This document shows, piece by piece, positions 48,105 to 57,603 of a DNA stretch of 64,000 nucleotides. The notes below the pieces were generated by a model that saw only the letters and a list, made by a program, of their open reading frames with translations, was not told the DNA's origin and searched no databases. The DNA lies in the NCBI GenBank assembly GCA_963801355.1, contig CAWDEM010000008.1, positions 2,144,001 to 2,208,000 on the forward strand, given 5' to 3'. This DNA comes from Ignavibacteriota bacterium. GTDB lineage: Bacteria; Bacteroidota; Ignavibacteria; UBA10030; UBA6906. Position numbers and translations under genes: made by a program. How positions within the stretch are numbered: the stretch's first letter is position 1; every line of letters starts with the position of its first letter.

Positions 48105-48832
48105 TTTTTGGCTCCATTATTTTTCTGCCGGACTATCAAGAGCAGCCGGTACCGCCGGCCGTGTCGTTCGAGTTGAGCCGGCAAACCCCAATTTCTCATA
48201 CACTCCATCAAAGCGGATCACTGGTTTTCTATTCAAGTTGTCAGGGACCAGCACCGGTTGTCGCGACACGGTGGTCTGAATTGCGTCATTTCCATTTCAT
48301 AGCGATCCCCGCGGAAGCGGTGGTTGTGAACTGATGGGAAGAGCAGGGATGCAGAACGTTTCGTGGGCGGTGTGCTGAGGGGGGTGCCATGGCCAGTGCA
48401 GTAAGAGTTCGGGCTTGGCTACTCCTTGACGATGGACGATTCGCCGAGCATGATATCCCGTAGTGCACGGGACCTCCCGTAAGTGATGATGACCTTCCCA
48501 ACTGGGTGGGACAGGTTACTCGGCAATCATGATACAAAAGAACAGGAACAGAGAAATGACGGCTACAGAGTGCTATCTAGAACCACTATCAAATCGTATT
48601 TGTTCCCGTAGCGATAACAGAGCAAAACTCAACCAAGCGTAACGGTTTTTCGCTCTACAAGGCCGGGGGGGCCACCGCTTCAGTTTGAGTGCCCCACGCT
48701 CTTCAGGTCCTGCATATGCTGGTCATTGCTCCTGATCAAGGCTCTCGATGTCCTTGAGGAACCACTCAACCGGAAGGCCATTTATTCACTTTCTCGAGTG
48801 GTTTAGTACCACTCTCAGTCAGCATCATACTC

Positions 48833-49198
48833 TCACGGCAACCGGATTTCAACCGGCTTGGATAAAGCAATGAATGCAACAATAATGCCAACGCCCAACA
48901 CGGCTGTTATGACAGTCTTGGTTATATCAAGTTCAATAATGACGACCTCTTTGATTTGTTCGTCTTGAACTATCCCATCGAAGTCCCACTCAGTCCTGAA
49001 CTCCCTATTGCGGATTGTTCCGATGACATGATACCCATTCGCGATTCTCTCATAGGTACGAGAAACAATGACTCTTCCATCGTTGAGTCGAAAGGTGACT
49101 TCAGCTGCAACTGGTGGACTATCTTTCGTTAGCGGTGTATTGGTGTAGCAACCAGTTACAAGGATGGCAAAAGACAGACAAACACAAATAAGTTTCAT
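48833..49198 (-). CDS. small lipoprotein with C-terminal TM helix (paralog 2)
   Basis: MKLICVCLSFAILVTGC lipobox; C-terminal hydrophobic helix; GGAAGG RBS. Confidence 0.8.
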   Translation of the reverse strand: MKLICVCLSFAILVTGCYTNTPLTKDSPPVAAEVTFRLNDGRVIVSRTYERIANGYHVIGTIRNREFRTEWDFDGIVQDEQIKEVVIIELDITKTVITAVLGVGIIVAFIALSKPVEIRLP

Positions 49199-49223
49199 TT
49201 CAGACCTTCCCTGATGTGTGGTA

Positions 49224-49604
49224 TCACTTGAAGATAGGTGTCCGGTAAGCAGCTACAATCAATCCTACTGATACACCTACAACAAGAAGCCCAAATCCCA
49301 CCAGCCCGACAGTCTTTGCCACATCAATCTTCTTACTGACGACTTTTGCAATTTGGTCATCACGCAACACGACAGAAATCTCTTTGCAGTAGTACTGTCC
49401 GCTCATATGCTCGCCTGTGACTTCGTATCCATTTTCTATTCGATGGTGGTTACCAGCCTTTGATCGGATATATGTGCCATCGGTTAGATAGAACGTGAGT
49501 GCTACGTTGTCTAAATTGGGGGTATCATCCTTTGTTATGGTCGTAGGAGAGTAGCATCCTGTAAGCAGGATGGCAAAAGACAGACAAACACAAATGAGTT
49601 TCAT
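49224..49604 (-). CDS. small lipoprotein with C-terminal TM helix (paralog 1)
   Basis: MKLICVCLSFAILLTGC lipobox; shares TF.L.DG..I.S, RI.NGY.V.G, D.QI..VV..D..KTV with its neighbour. Confidence 0.8.
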   Translation of the reverse strand: MKLICVCLSFAILLTGCYSPTTITKDDTPNLDNVALTFYLTDGTYIRSKAGNHHRIENGYEVTGEHMSGQYYCKEISVVLRDDQIAKVVSKKIDVAKTVGLVGFGLLVVGVSVGLIVAAYRTPIFK

Positions 49605-49830
49605 AGCGCCACCTTCTATGCTGTCCCCAGATTCCAGACTCCCTTGTTTTCATAGGAAATATAGCATCTGGCGGACGGATTCCTGTCACAGTATTGTCAA
49701 AGAGGTGTCATGTGAGTATAGCCCTGTCTGGTCGAACAAAGGCTGGCGATTCGTGGGGGGAGACTGCCCATCAGGACGGAAATGATATTGTCTTCCGATA
49801 GGTTAACGGTTGAAGGTCAAACGGGAAGGA

Positions 49831-52638
49831 TTACTTCACAAGTAAGAGTTTCTTCGTCTCCATGTATGTTCCTGCTCCGCTCTTGGAGTCTCGCCCGACG
49901 GCGGAGTCCAGAGGGCGGATTTGCATCCGGCACAGATACACGCCGCTCGCCAGGTTGCTCCCATCGAACTGCACTTCATGGTATCCTGCATCTACTTCCC
50001 CTTGCACGAGCTGCGCCACCTGCTGGCTAAGCGTGTTGAAGACCGCCAGAGTCACGTGTGATCGTTGCGGTAGTCCATAGCGGATCGTAGTCAAAGGGTT
50101 GAAGGGATTGGGATAGTTTTGCCGGAGAGCGTATTCCGCGCACAGTTCATTCACCGCGCCATCCCGAACGTCGGAACCTGTCTCCACTCTGAAAGCCGGG
50201 TCGTACCATCCGCTCGCGTCCGTAAGCATCGTGGAGTATCGAGCGGAAGACGCATAGGCAGCGACCGAGTAGTAATAGTTCCCGTGCGCGGCTGGAGCAG
50301 TGCAGTTGAAGATGACAGTATCGGTTGTGCCAGCAGCGAAACCCTGTACACTTGTAGTCAGGTGCGCGTCATACGGAGAGGCCTGGTCTCTGTCAAAATA
50401 CAGACCTCCATGTGCTGACACAGCCAAAGCTCCCGGATAGTCGGGGTTCTTCATCTGAAGCTCAACCCGCAGCGCTGTCCCCGGAGCAACGGGGCTCTTT
50501 CCCCCGGGCGAGAGCTCCTCGTTCGTGCTATTGAGGAACACATGGACAGCAGGCATGTACGGCGAATTGTGGATGAACGATTCAGTCGTTACCCGGCCGC
50601 CAATCACACCTATCCCTGATTTCTCCCCCCAGAATTGTTCACCCCAGGGTCTCGAAGGATCGGTCACATAGACCCTGTAGAAGTAATCACTCCCTACCGG
50701 TATGTCTGCAAATGTGACAACACCACTCGCATTCGTCGGACCTTCAGCCACCTGAGCGTTGCTGTTGTTGTGCAACACTACCCTGGCAAGCGCGCCGGGG
50801 CTCCCCCAATTCTCAGCGTTAGTCACAGTGATTGCGAGGCTGCCAACAAAGGTCGTTAATTCCGACAAGGGCCGTCGCCAGACGCCGTCCTTGCCTGTCC
50901 CTGCGAACAAGTACTCCCCACGCACGGCCAGAGAGCGAATCCATTTGTTGGGGCTGGTGCACGTCAGACCTTCCTCAGCTGCGACCCAGGTTGTTCCATT
51001 GTTGGTTGAAACGGCAAACTTATCAGCGGTGCCAGCGAAGATAGTGCTCCCGCTGGCGGCAAAGGCCAGGACCCATCTGCCTTCTATCCCGGTATTTGCC
51101 GTTGACCACGTTGTGCCATTGTCGGTCGAACGAAAGAGGGCGGTCGGTGTTCCCACAAGTAGGTTCGTGCCGTAGACGCCGAGGGCCTCAACACCCACAT
51201 CTGATATTCCCGCATTGGCGGGAGTCCAGTTCGCGCCGTGATCAGTCGATCGGTAGACTCCCCTGCCGCCTGTACCGGCGAAGAGATATGTATCATTGGC
51301 AGCGAGAGCATTGATAGAAGCATCGGGCAGACCCGAGCTGGCCAAAACCCAAGTCGCACCACGATCTGTTGTACGAAAGACTCCACCAAAGGTGCCTACA
51401 AAGACGTCTGTTCCATCGGTAAGGAGCGACGTTACCAGGTAGTTCGTGAGGCCGGCGTTGACACTTCTCCAACTCGCCCCATGATTTATAGAGAGGTAGA
51501 CGCCTCCCTCCCATGCACCGGCGAAGAGATCGTCACCGCTGCCAGCCAGGCACTCCACGACAGTCCATAACATGCCCTCGTTGACAGGTGTCCACGTGTT
51601 GCCATTGTCAGTCGACCGTGCAATACCGTTGCCGTCCGCGCTGGCAAACAGATCATTGCCCAGAGCTGTCAGAGCCGAGATATATGAATGTGTGATCCCT
51701 GAATCGACCTCAGTCCAAGTGGCGCCTTTGTCTGAAGAACGGAAGATTCCACCGGCCGTCCCTGCAAAAATGTACGCAGCATTGCATGTAACGGCCCATG
51801 CAAAATGGCCCGCCGGTCCGCACGGCGTCCAGTTCGCCCCGTTGTCGGTGGTCCGAAAGACTCCCCCTCCGAATGTTCCTGCCAGCAGGGATGTGCTATC
51901 AGAGGCGAACGTGACGACATAGTGATTGCGCAGACCTGAAGTGACTGGCGTCCACGTAGCGACGCTGTCTGTTGAGCGATACACACCATGGCCGTACCGG
52001 GAACCCGCAAACAGGTCGTCTCCCCTAGTGGCGAGCGCCCAGACACTGGCCAAGGGCAGACCGGTGTTGAATGAGGCCCAGCTGGCGCCACGATTGGTGG
52101 AACGAAAAACGCCGCCTTCGGTCCCGGCGAAGAGGCTGCTCCCACGTGCAACCAGGGCACGCACAAATGTGTTCGTCAATCCGGAATTGACGGGAGTCCA
52201 GTCGGTACCGTTGTTCGTTGAAAGAAAGACACCGTCCCGAGTGCCCGCATACAGATTCGTTCCGATACGGGCAAACGCAAAGACATATGGGTCCTTCGGG
52301 AACCCCGCATTGATAGCTGTCCAGTGCACCCCAAGGTCTGTCGTAAGAAAAGCACCCCCCTCCTCGGTGCCTGCAAAGAGATTCGTTCCATCAAACAAAA
52401 GCGCCCACAGGTACAGGTTGGTCAGCCCTGAGTTGACTTGACTCCAGTGCATCCCGTTGTCGGTCGAATGGTAGATGCCGGCACCGCGTATCCCGGCAAA
52501 GATATGCGAACCGCTGGTGGCAAGCGCCATGGTGCTGCCGCCATACGGTCCGTTGGTCTGGACCCACTGCGCATAGCTGACATACCTTCCCAGCAAAACG
52601 ATCAAACACACGAGAACGACTCGGCAAGGAGTAGCCAT
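49831..52638 (-). CDS. T9SS cargo with many BNR/Asp-box propeller repeats, Ig-like domains and CTD
   Basis: AQWVQTNGP start; >12 LFAGT.GGV.RSTD.G..W...N.GL repeats; QNYPNPFNP tail with RPLDSAVGRDSKSG insertion. Confidence 0.9.
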   Translation of the reverse strand: MATPCRVVLVCLIVLLGRYVSYAQWVQTNGPYGGSTMALATSGSHIFAGIRGAGIYHSTDNGMHWSQVNSGLTNLYLWALLFDGTNLFAGTEEGGAFLTTDLGVHWTAINAGFPKDPYVFAFARIGTNLYAGTRDGVFLSTNNGTDWTPVNSGLTNTFVRALVARGSSLFAGTEGGVFRSTNRGASWASFNTGLPLASVWALATRGDDLFAGSRYGHGVYRSTDSVATWTPVTSGLRNHYVVTFASDSTSLLAGTFGGGVFRTTDNGANWTPCGPAGHFAWAVTCNAAYIFAGTAGGIFRSSDKGATWTEVDSGITHSYISALTALGNDLFASADGNGIARSTDNGNTWTPVNEGMLWTVVECLAGSGDDLFAGAWEGGVYLSINHGASWRSVNAGLTNYLVTSLLTDGTDVFVGTFGGVFRTTDRGATWVLASSGLPDASINALAANDTYLFAGTGGRGVYRSTDHGANWTPANAGISDVGVEALGVYGTNLLVGTPTALFRSTDNGTTWSTANTGIEGRWVLAFAASGSTIFAGTADKFAVSTNNGTTWVAAEEGLTCTSPNKWIRSLAVRGEYLFAGTGKDGVWRRPLSELTTFVGSLAITVTNAENWGSPGALARVVLHNNSNAQVAEGPTNASGVVTFADIPVGSDYFYRVYVTDPSRPWGEQFWGEKSGIGVIGGRVTTESFIHNSPYMPAVHVFLNSTNEELSPGGKSPVAPGTALRVELQMKNPDYPGALAVSAHGGLYFDRDQASPYDAHLTTSVQGFAAGTTDTVIFNCTAPAAHGNYYYSVAAYASSARYSTMLTDASGWYDPAFRVETGSDVRDGAVNELCAEYALRQNYPNPFNPLTTIRYGLPQRSHVTLAVFNTLSQQVAQLVQGEVDAGYHEVQFDGSNLASGVYLCRMQIRPLDSAVGRDSKSGAGTYMETKKLLLVK

Positions 52639-52830
52639 TGGACTGACCCTCCTGTAAGAAGTGCCCGAGAGACTCCGGTTTGTCCTTCCGTTGTTCGCTT
52701 GCTGTGGCGGCTTCTTGTGTGACAGTGGGTCTGGATATTCCCCCTGTCGGACACAGAACGAACGATGGGATGCTATACTGCAGGAACGGCTGGTTTACAG
52801 TCGGGGAAGAGAGAGGCGTCTCCCGCCATT

Positions 52831-52859
52831 AAGATACCCTGCAGCACTAACAGTGTCAA
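52831..52859 (-). promoter_or_regulatory. sigma70-type promoter for the 935-aa T9SS gene
   Basis: TTGACA-17 nt-TATCTT. Confidence 0.65.
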
Positions 52860-52863
52860 ATGG

Positions 52864-53325
52864 TCAAGCGGGGCAACGGATCCTATTCTTGCCATATTTC
52901 TTGGCGCATTTCGGGCAAGTGGTGTACCACATATACCATTTTTTAACATTCATCCCCTTATCCTTAACAATACTTTCAAAATCCTTGCACCACTTTCCAG
53001 TTTCCTTAAAATCGCCTTCGTAAACCTTGCTGAAAAACATTCCCGACAAACCGACATTCTCCGCCCCGGGGACTTCTCGATCAACCGCCACATACAAATC
53101 CATATTCCATTTTGAGGTATGATCGGAAAGACTCACCCATGCATGCAATTTAGCTCCGACCGCATCCATTCTTTTCATAATCTTCTTTATCACAGAGCCA
53201 AAATTCACGGGCATGTAAAAGATTGTAAAGACTTTATCTTTAATGAATTGTTTGTTGTCTCACTCTAAAGCTATCCCATCCCAGGGCGCGGGGTCAAATT
53301 TTGGACAACATTCTTTATCCTGAAC
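52864..53325 (-). pseudogene. AT-rich 'bacterial hydrolase'-type gene (CCPKFDP..WD...YTTCPKCAKKYG) broken by an in-frame TGA
   Basis: ORFs 53260-53442 and 52864-53214 are in one frame, separated by TGA at 53260-53262; start and normal C-terminus appear lost. Confidence 0.75.
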
Positions 53326-53443
53326 GTTGTTGAAGGATTGATAAAGAAATGATTTTTGAGAGTAGCCAAGCCAAAAGTCTTTCGCGCCTAAGATCGGCTG
53401 GCGAGCTCTCGCAGAGGGCGAGCCAAACCTTTCTTTTTCCAAC

Positions 53444-53529
<86 letters not shown>

Positions 53530-53738
53530 GTGCCGTCGGTTTGCCAACCGGTGACGAGAGTGGCAATAACGGCTACGGCACCAGTTGGTCTGAAGAGAAT
53601 GTACGAAATACCGGCAACCGTCGCAAGCCAAGTTAATGGGATTCGGCTCTTGCCGCTGTTCCTGTTTCCTATCTCCAGCTTCCGCTTGCCTCTCTCCTCA
53701 CTCGCCTTCGCCCATCAAACACGTACATCAATCGCCGC

Positions 53739-53829
53739 TTACCGCGTGCACGAGCAGAAGCTTCTTCGTCTCCATGTACGATCCCGCCTGCATCCGGTAC
53801 AGGTATACTCCGCTCGCCAGCCCACTTGC
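53739..53829 (-). pseudogene. orphan T9SS CTD 3' tail
   Basis: ASGLASGVYLYRMQAGSYMETKKLLLV followed by CACG-CGG-TAA (4-nt insertion before R*); no upstream gene body. Confidence 0.85.
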
Positions 53830-53884
53830 TTGCTTGTTGCGATTAGTCCCTCGAGGTCGTATTTTGTGGGGAAAAGACTCCGAT

Positions 53885-54949
53885 ATGGCTCGCTTCTTCC
53901 GAAAACGCGATCAGCTCCAGGGCCAGGTCCCCGGATCCCTCATCTTCGTCGGCACACGAAAGGTCGAACGAAGCTCAATACATGTGATCGATTACGACGC
54001 TGACCACCTGAACGAATTCGACCTGACGGACGTCAATCAACTTGAAGAGCTCCCGTCTGCGCCCACATGCCGATGGGTGAACGTTTACGGATTGCACGAT
54101 GTCGACCTGGTCAGCCGCCTCGGTGCACACTTCAACATCCACGCCATGGTGATCGAAGACGTCCTGAATACCGGCCAGCGACCCAAACTGGAAGAATTCG
54201 ACGACTTCCTCTTTCTGGTGATCAAAATGTTCAAGTATGATCAGGAACAGGAGGCGGTCCTCCAGGATCAACTGAGCATGCTGATTGGAAGAAGCTTCCT
54301 TATCACCTTTCAGGAGCAAAGTGGGAATGTGTTCGCGCCGGTCCGGGATCGTATCCGCAAGATGAAGGGACGGATCCGCCAGCTGGAAGTTGACTACCTC
54401 ATGTATGCGCTTCTGGATACGGTGGTGGACGGCTACGTCGACGTTATCGAAAGAATCGGGGGGCACGTGGAAGAGCTTGACGAGAAGGTGCTGGACGAGC
54501 CCGACAAGGAAGTGCTCACAGAGGTCGCCAACGCCAAACGCGAGATCAACTATCTACGCAAGTCCATCCGCCCAGCACGCGATGCAATCATCCATTTGGG
54601 AAAGGTGGATACCGACCTCCTCCACGATTACATGGTGCCGTTTCTGAAAGATCTTCAGGAACTGATAACACATGCCACGGAGGTTGTCGAGATCTACCGC
54701 GAGATGGTCACCGACCAGCTGAATATCTACCATTCCTCTCTCAGCAACCGCATGAACGATGTGATGAAGGTGCTGACAATCTTTGCAGCGATCTTCATTC
54801 CGTTGACATTTATCGCCGGTGTCTACGGGACGAACTTTGACTACCTGCCGGAGCTGCATTACCGCCACAGTTACTTCATCTTCTGGGGAGTCATCATCAT
54901 CGTGGCGGCAGTCATGCTCATCTTTTTCAAAAGAAAGAAATGGTTGTGA
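53885..54949 (+). CDS. corA: CorA magnesium/cobalt transporter
   Basis: PGSLIFVG, WVNVYGL, EDVLNTGQRPKLE, MNDVMKVLT...YGTNF..LPEL (GTN variant of the GMN motif). Confidence 0.95.
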   Translation: MARFFRKRDQLQGQVPGSLIFVGTRKVERSSIHVIDYDADHLNEFDLTDVNQLEELPSAPTCRWVNVYGLHDVDLVSRLGAHFNIHAMVIEDVLNTGQRPKLEEFDDFLFLVIKMFKYDQEQEAVLQDQLSMLIGRSFLITFQEQSGNVFAPVRDRIRKMKGRIRQLEVDYLMYALLDTVVDGYVDVIERIGGHVEELDEKVLDEPDKEVLTEVANAKREINYLRKSIRPARDAIIHLGKVDTDLLHDYMVPFLKDLQELITHATEVVEIYREMVTDQLNIYHSSLSNRMNDVMKVLTIFAAIFIPLTFIAGVYGTNFDYLPELHYRHSYFIFWGVIIIVAAVMLIFFKRKKWL

Positions 54950-55097
54950 CGTGCACCACCGCATTCATTCAGCCTGGTCTGTTTTCCGGAAGATCGTCTA
55001 AAGATGCACGGTATCGATGTCGTAACGATCCTGGAACGCATCACCCGTGAGCACGGTTTTCCCAAACGGATCAAGGAGGCGAGTTCGTCAACGGAGA

Positions 55098-57530
55098 CTA
55101 TTTAATCAACACCATCTGTTTCATCAGCATCTTGCTATCACATGCAAGCCGCGCGTAATACACTCCGCTTGCCAGGCCCGATGCATCGAATCGCGCCAGG
55201 TATTGTCGGCCGGCTTCCGCTTCTTCGTCATACAGTGTCGCGATTTCCTGTCCGAGCGCGCTCAGTATCGTCAGGGTGGCACGTCCATTGACCGGAACGG
55301 TGAACTGAAGGAAAGTCGTCGGGTTGAACGGATTCGGATAGTTATGCGTGAGGGTAAACCGGGCAGGAAGATGTCCCTTCTGGTGTGAAATGCCTGTGAC
55401 GGTCGTGAGATCACCCATGCCAGCCCACGTCATGAGGAACGGCCAGATACTCCCGGTCCGCTGTTCTGGCAGCGTCACCTTCTCCACGGCTGAAGCACCC
55501 AGGCGGTCTTGCAGCTGCTGGTAGTACAAACTTCTCGGGAATACCCGCACTCCCCAGCTTTCCCAGAATCCCGCGCCGTTCTGCACGAGACCGGAACACC
55601 CGATACCCCAGTTCATGGCTCCGAGAGGACTTTCCACCTTGAACTCACTTACATCGGACTGGCAGTTCCAGAACATGGTCTGAGCACCTGCCCAGCCATG
55701 ACCGGTACCCATGGCTTTCCTGTTCTGCACGCGCGTTTCCCCGCCCCGGATGTTGTCAAACAGGAGACCGGTCGCGTACCGGTGATGCGGCCCGATATCT
55801 GCATATGTCTGCGTAGAGAATCCATCCACAAACACATTTGGCCCTGCGACACGCGACCCGGTGACGAAATCGTGTCTGCCGCCGCGCGTATAACACCGCT
55901 GGAAGAGGTTGAAAGAGCCTTTGTCGATATTGAACGAATACTTCCTGGATCCGGTGGTGATCGATTTGGGATCCAGCATCGCACATTCTTCGATTGTACT
56001 GAAATACGCCCAACTCAACATCACACAGGAATACCCGAAATAGCGCGCGGTCACATTGCGCACCCAGCAATCCGTTGTCTGGGAAAGAATCACGGCGGTC
56101 CATCCATGACTTTCATCCTCTTCACCCGCGTACACGGAAGAGATCAGCAGACGTTCCACACCACAATTGCTCAGCCTGCCTTTGATGGTCACTCTGGTGA
56201 CTTCCCCTCCGCCGAAAAGGCTCTCAATTGCCTGCACAAGCGGGACATTGAACGAGAGCTGATTCCCGTTGATGCCGGTGATGACTCTTTCATAGGAGAC
56301 CCTGTACTCGGAAGCGACCCATCCGTACTGCGCCATATCCAGGGCGGCAATCCACGCCTCGTTTGGTGTCCTGGTGATTCTTATCGTATCGCCGACGGCA
56401 AATCCGGCCGCATTGTCGACGTCGACAGTGGTTGCACCTGTCGGCACATACGGCGTCGTTATTCTCCTTGCCCCCAGAGGTACGGCTGGCAGCGGGCGCG
56501 TCGCATAGGTGAGTGTCATTTCATCCCACGAATCGGCCTTGATAACCGATACGGAGATATTCACCGTCTTGATGGCCGCGGAATCCCCGGCAAGATCCTT
56601 CTTGGCATACATCCTCAGCACGGCGCCTTTCACGCTGTCATGCACCGCCGTCAGGTCAAATCTGAGATAGCCTTCACGGGTCACATCGTCATTCACCCCG
56701 GCATTCTTCAGGGCCACGGAGACGTCCGCTCCAAAATTGAGATTCGCACTGGTCCCGCCTTGAACGTACGTATCGGCAACCGGAGAGAGGGAAACAACGC
56801 TGTCGAGGCCGGTGGTTGCCGACTGTACGGTGATGCGCACGATCGGACGATTCGCGGCCGATTCTTCCCGGCTGGCGAAATTGACGTACTGGCTCACATC
56901 GGCGGTGAGATGGAAAGAAATGATCTTGTCTCCGGTTATTTCTTGTGCCACACCTCTGAGAACATTGAACTCCTGCCACGTCCGGGCCGGGGGAAAGAGT
57001 TGTGTATCAAGAAGATCTTCCGTTGTGGGCTCGGAGAATGATTCGTTACCGGAGAGTTGAATAAAATCGTGCTGTGTGGGAGAAGTCGCAACAAGTTCCG
57101 TCCCGCCCCCCTCCGGGGTATTTTGTCCTTCCCCTCTGAGAACAACACCGCTTGTGTTGATGAAGAGCGAACCGTTCACTTCATAGCGGCCTCTTTTGAG
57201 AAGCACCGCGCCGCGAAATCCATCCTTGTCCATCGAACGGGAGGAGACACGGTCGATTGCAGATTGGATGACCGTCCTGGCATCTCCGCTCGCCGCCTCA
57301 ACTGTTTCCGCGACCGGGACACTCGGCAGGGGGATGCCGCCGCCCCTGTATCCTGCAAAGGAGAAGTCGGGAATCGTATTCACGGCATTCGTTTGGCCGG
57401 TATTGGCATAAGGCGCATACGCCAGTTTCCCTCCGGAACCCATCCAGACAAGGCTGCTTGTCTGTGCGTAGAATGGCTGCCAGCCTCCGAGAAGCGCAGT
57501 CATCATGAGCAGAGAGCGCATGTGTGTCAT
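55098..57530 (-). CDS. T9SS-secreted pectate-lyase-like beta-helix protein with inserted CBM96/DNRLRE-like domain
   Basis: IPDFSFAGYRGG, IQSAID, GVVLRGEG, GGRHDF, GPHHRYATGLLFDN, GHGWAGA; NYPNPFNP tail. Confidence 0.8.
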   Translation of the reverse strand: MTHMRSLLMMTALLGGWQPFYAQTSSLVWMGSGGKLAYAPYANTGQTNAVNTIPDFSFAGYRGGGIPLPSVPVAETVEAASGDARTVIQSAIDRVSSRSMDKDGFRGAVLLKRGRYEVNGSLFINTSGVVLRGEGQNTPEGGGTELVATSPTQHDFIQLSGNESFSEPTTEDLLDTQLFPPARTWQEFNVLRGVAQEITGDKIISFHLTADVSQYVNFASREESAANRPIVRITVQSATTGLDSVVSLSPVADTYVQGGTSANLNFGADVSVALKNAGVNDDVTREGYLRFDLTAVHDSVKGAVLRMYAKKDLAGDSAAIKTVNISVSVIKADSWDEMTLTYATRPLPAVPLGARRITTPYVPTGATTVDVDNAAGFAVGDTIRITRTPNEAWIAALDMAQYGWVASEYRVSYERVITGINGNQLSFNVPLVQAIESLFGGGEVTRVTIKGRLSNCGVERLLISSVYAGEEDESHGWTAVILSQTTDCWVRNVTARYFGYSCVMLSWAYFSTIEECAMLDPKSITTGSRKYSFNIDKGSFNLFQRCYTRGGRHDFVTGSRVAGPNVFVDGFSTQTYADIGPHHRYATGLLFDNIRGGETRVQNRKAMGTGHGWAGAQTMFWNCQSDVSEFKVESPLGAMNWGIGCSGLVQNGAGFWESWGVRVFPRSLYYQQLQDRLGASAVEKVTLPEQRTGSIWPFLMTWAGMGDLTTVTGISHQKGHLPARFTLTHNYPNPFNPTTFLQFTVPVNGRATLTILSALGQEIATLYDEEAEAGRQYLARFDASGLASGVYYARLACDSKMLMKQMVLIK

Positions 57531-57603
57531 TTCTAATCGCAACACTATGATCTCCGAAAAGCCGCAATATCACAACTGCGCACAGCCGGTACGCTTCTCC
57601 TCA

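Noticed and set aside
48411-48423. 13-bp GGCTTGGCTACTC shared (inverted) with ~53360-53372, and 13-bp GGTGTCTGTCGAA shared by ~24064 and ~32167
   Set aside because: Matches of this length are expected by chance in 64 kb and do not extend.
48600-48660. Possible Bacteroidetes-type attC end (..GTTACGC on the minus strand)
   Set aside because: No complementary R'' or L boxes found.
35815-52638. CRISPR array or DGR suggested by repetitiveness
   Set aside because: The repeats are degenerate protein-level Asp-box/BNR repeats; there are no regularly spaced identical DNA repeats, cas genes or adenine-specific TR/VR pair.
44563-53262. UGA=Trp recoding suggested by two TGA codons at apparent Trp positions (44563-44565, 53260-53262)
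   Set aside because: Other Trp codons checked in the hydrolase-like gene are TGG, and many intact genes end in TGA; single G-to-A nonsense changes in decaying DNA explain both.
54815-54850. CorA GTN in place of the GMN motif as a novelty
   Set aside because: From memory, this variant occurs in other FCB-group CorA proteins; it does not by itself show altered function.
55509-57041. Long plus-strand ORFs (510 aa here; also 2971-3837 and 17823-18485)
   Set aside because: Antisense shadows of well-supported minus-strand genes in GC-rich DNA, with no motifs.
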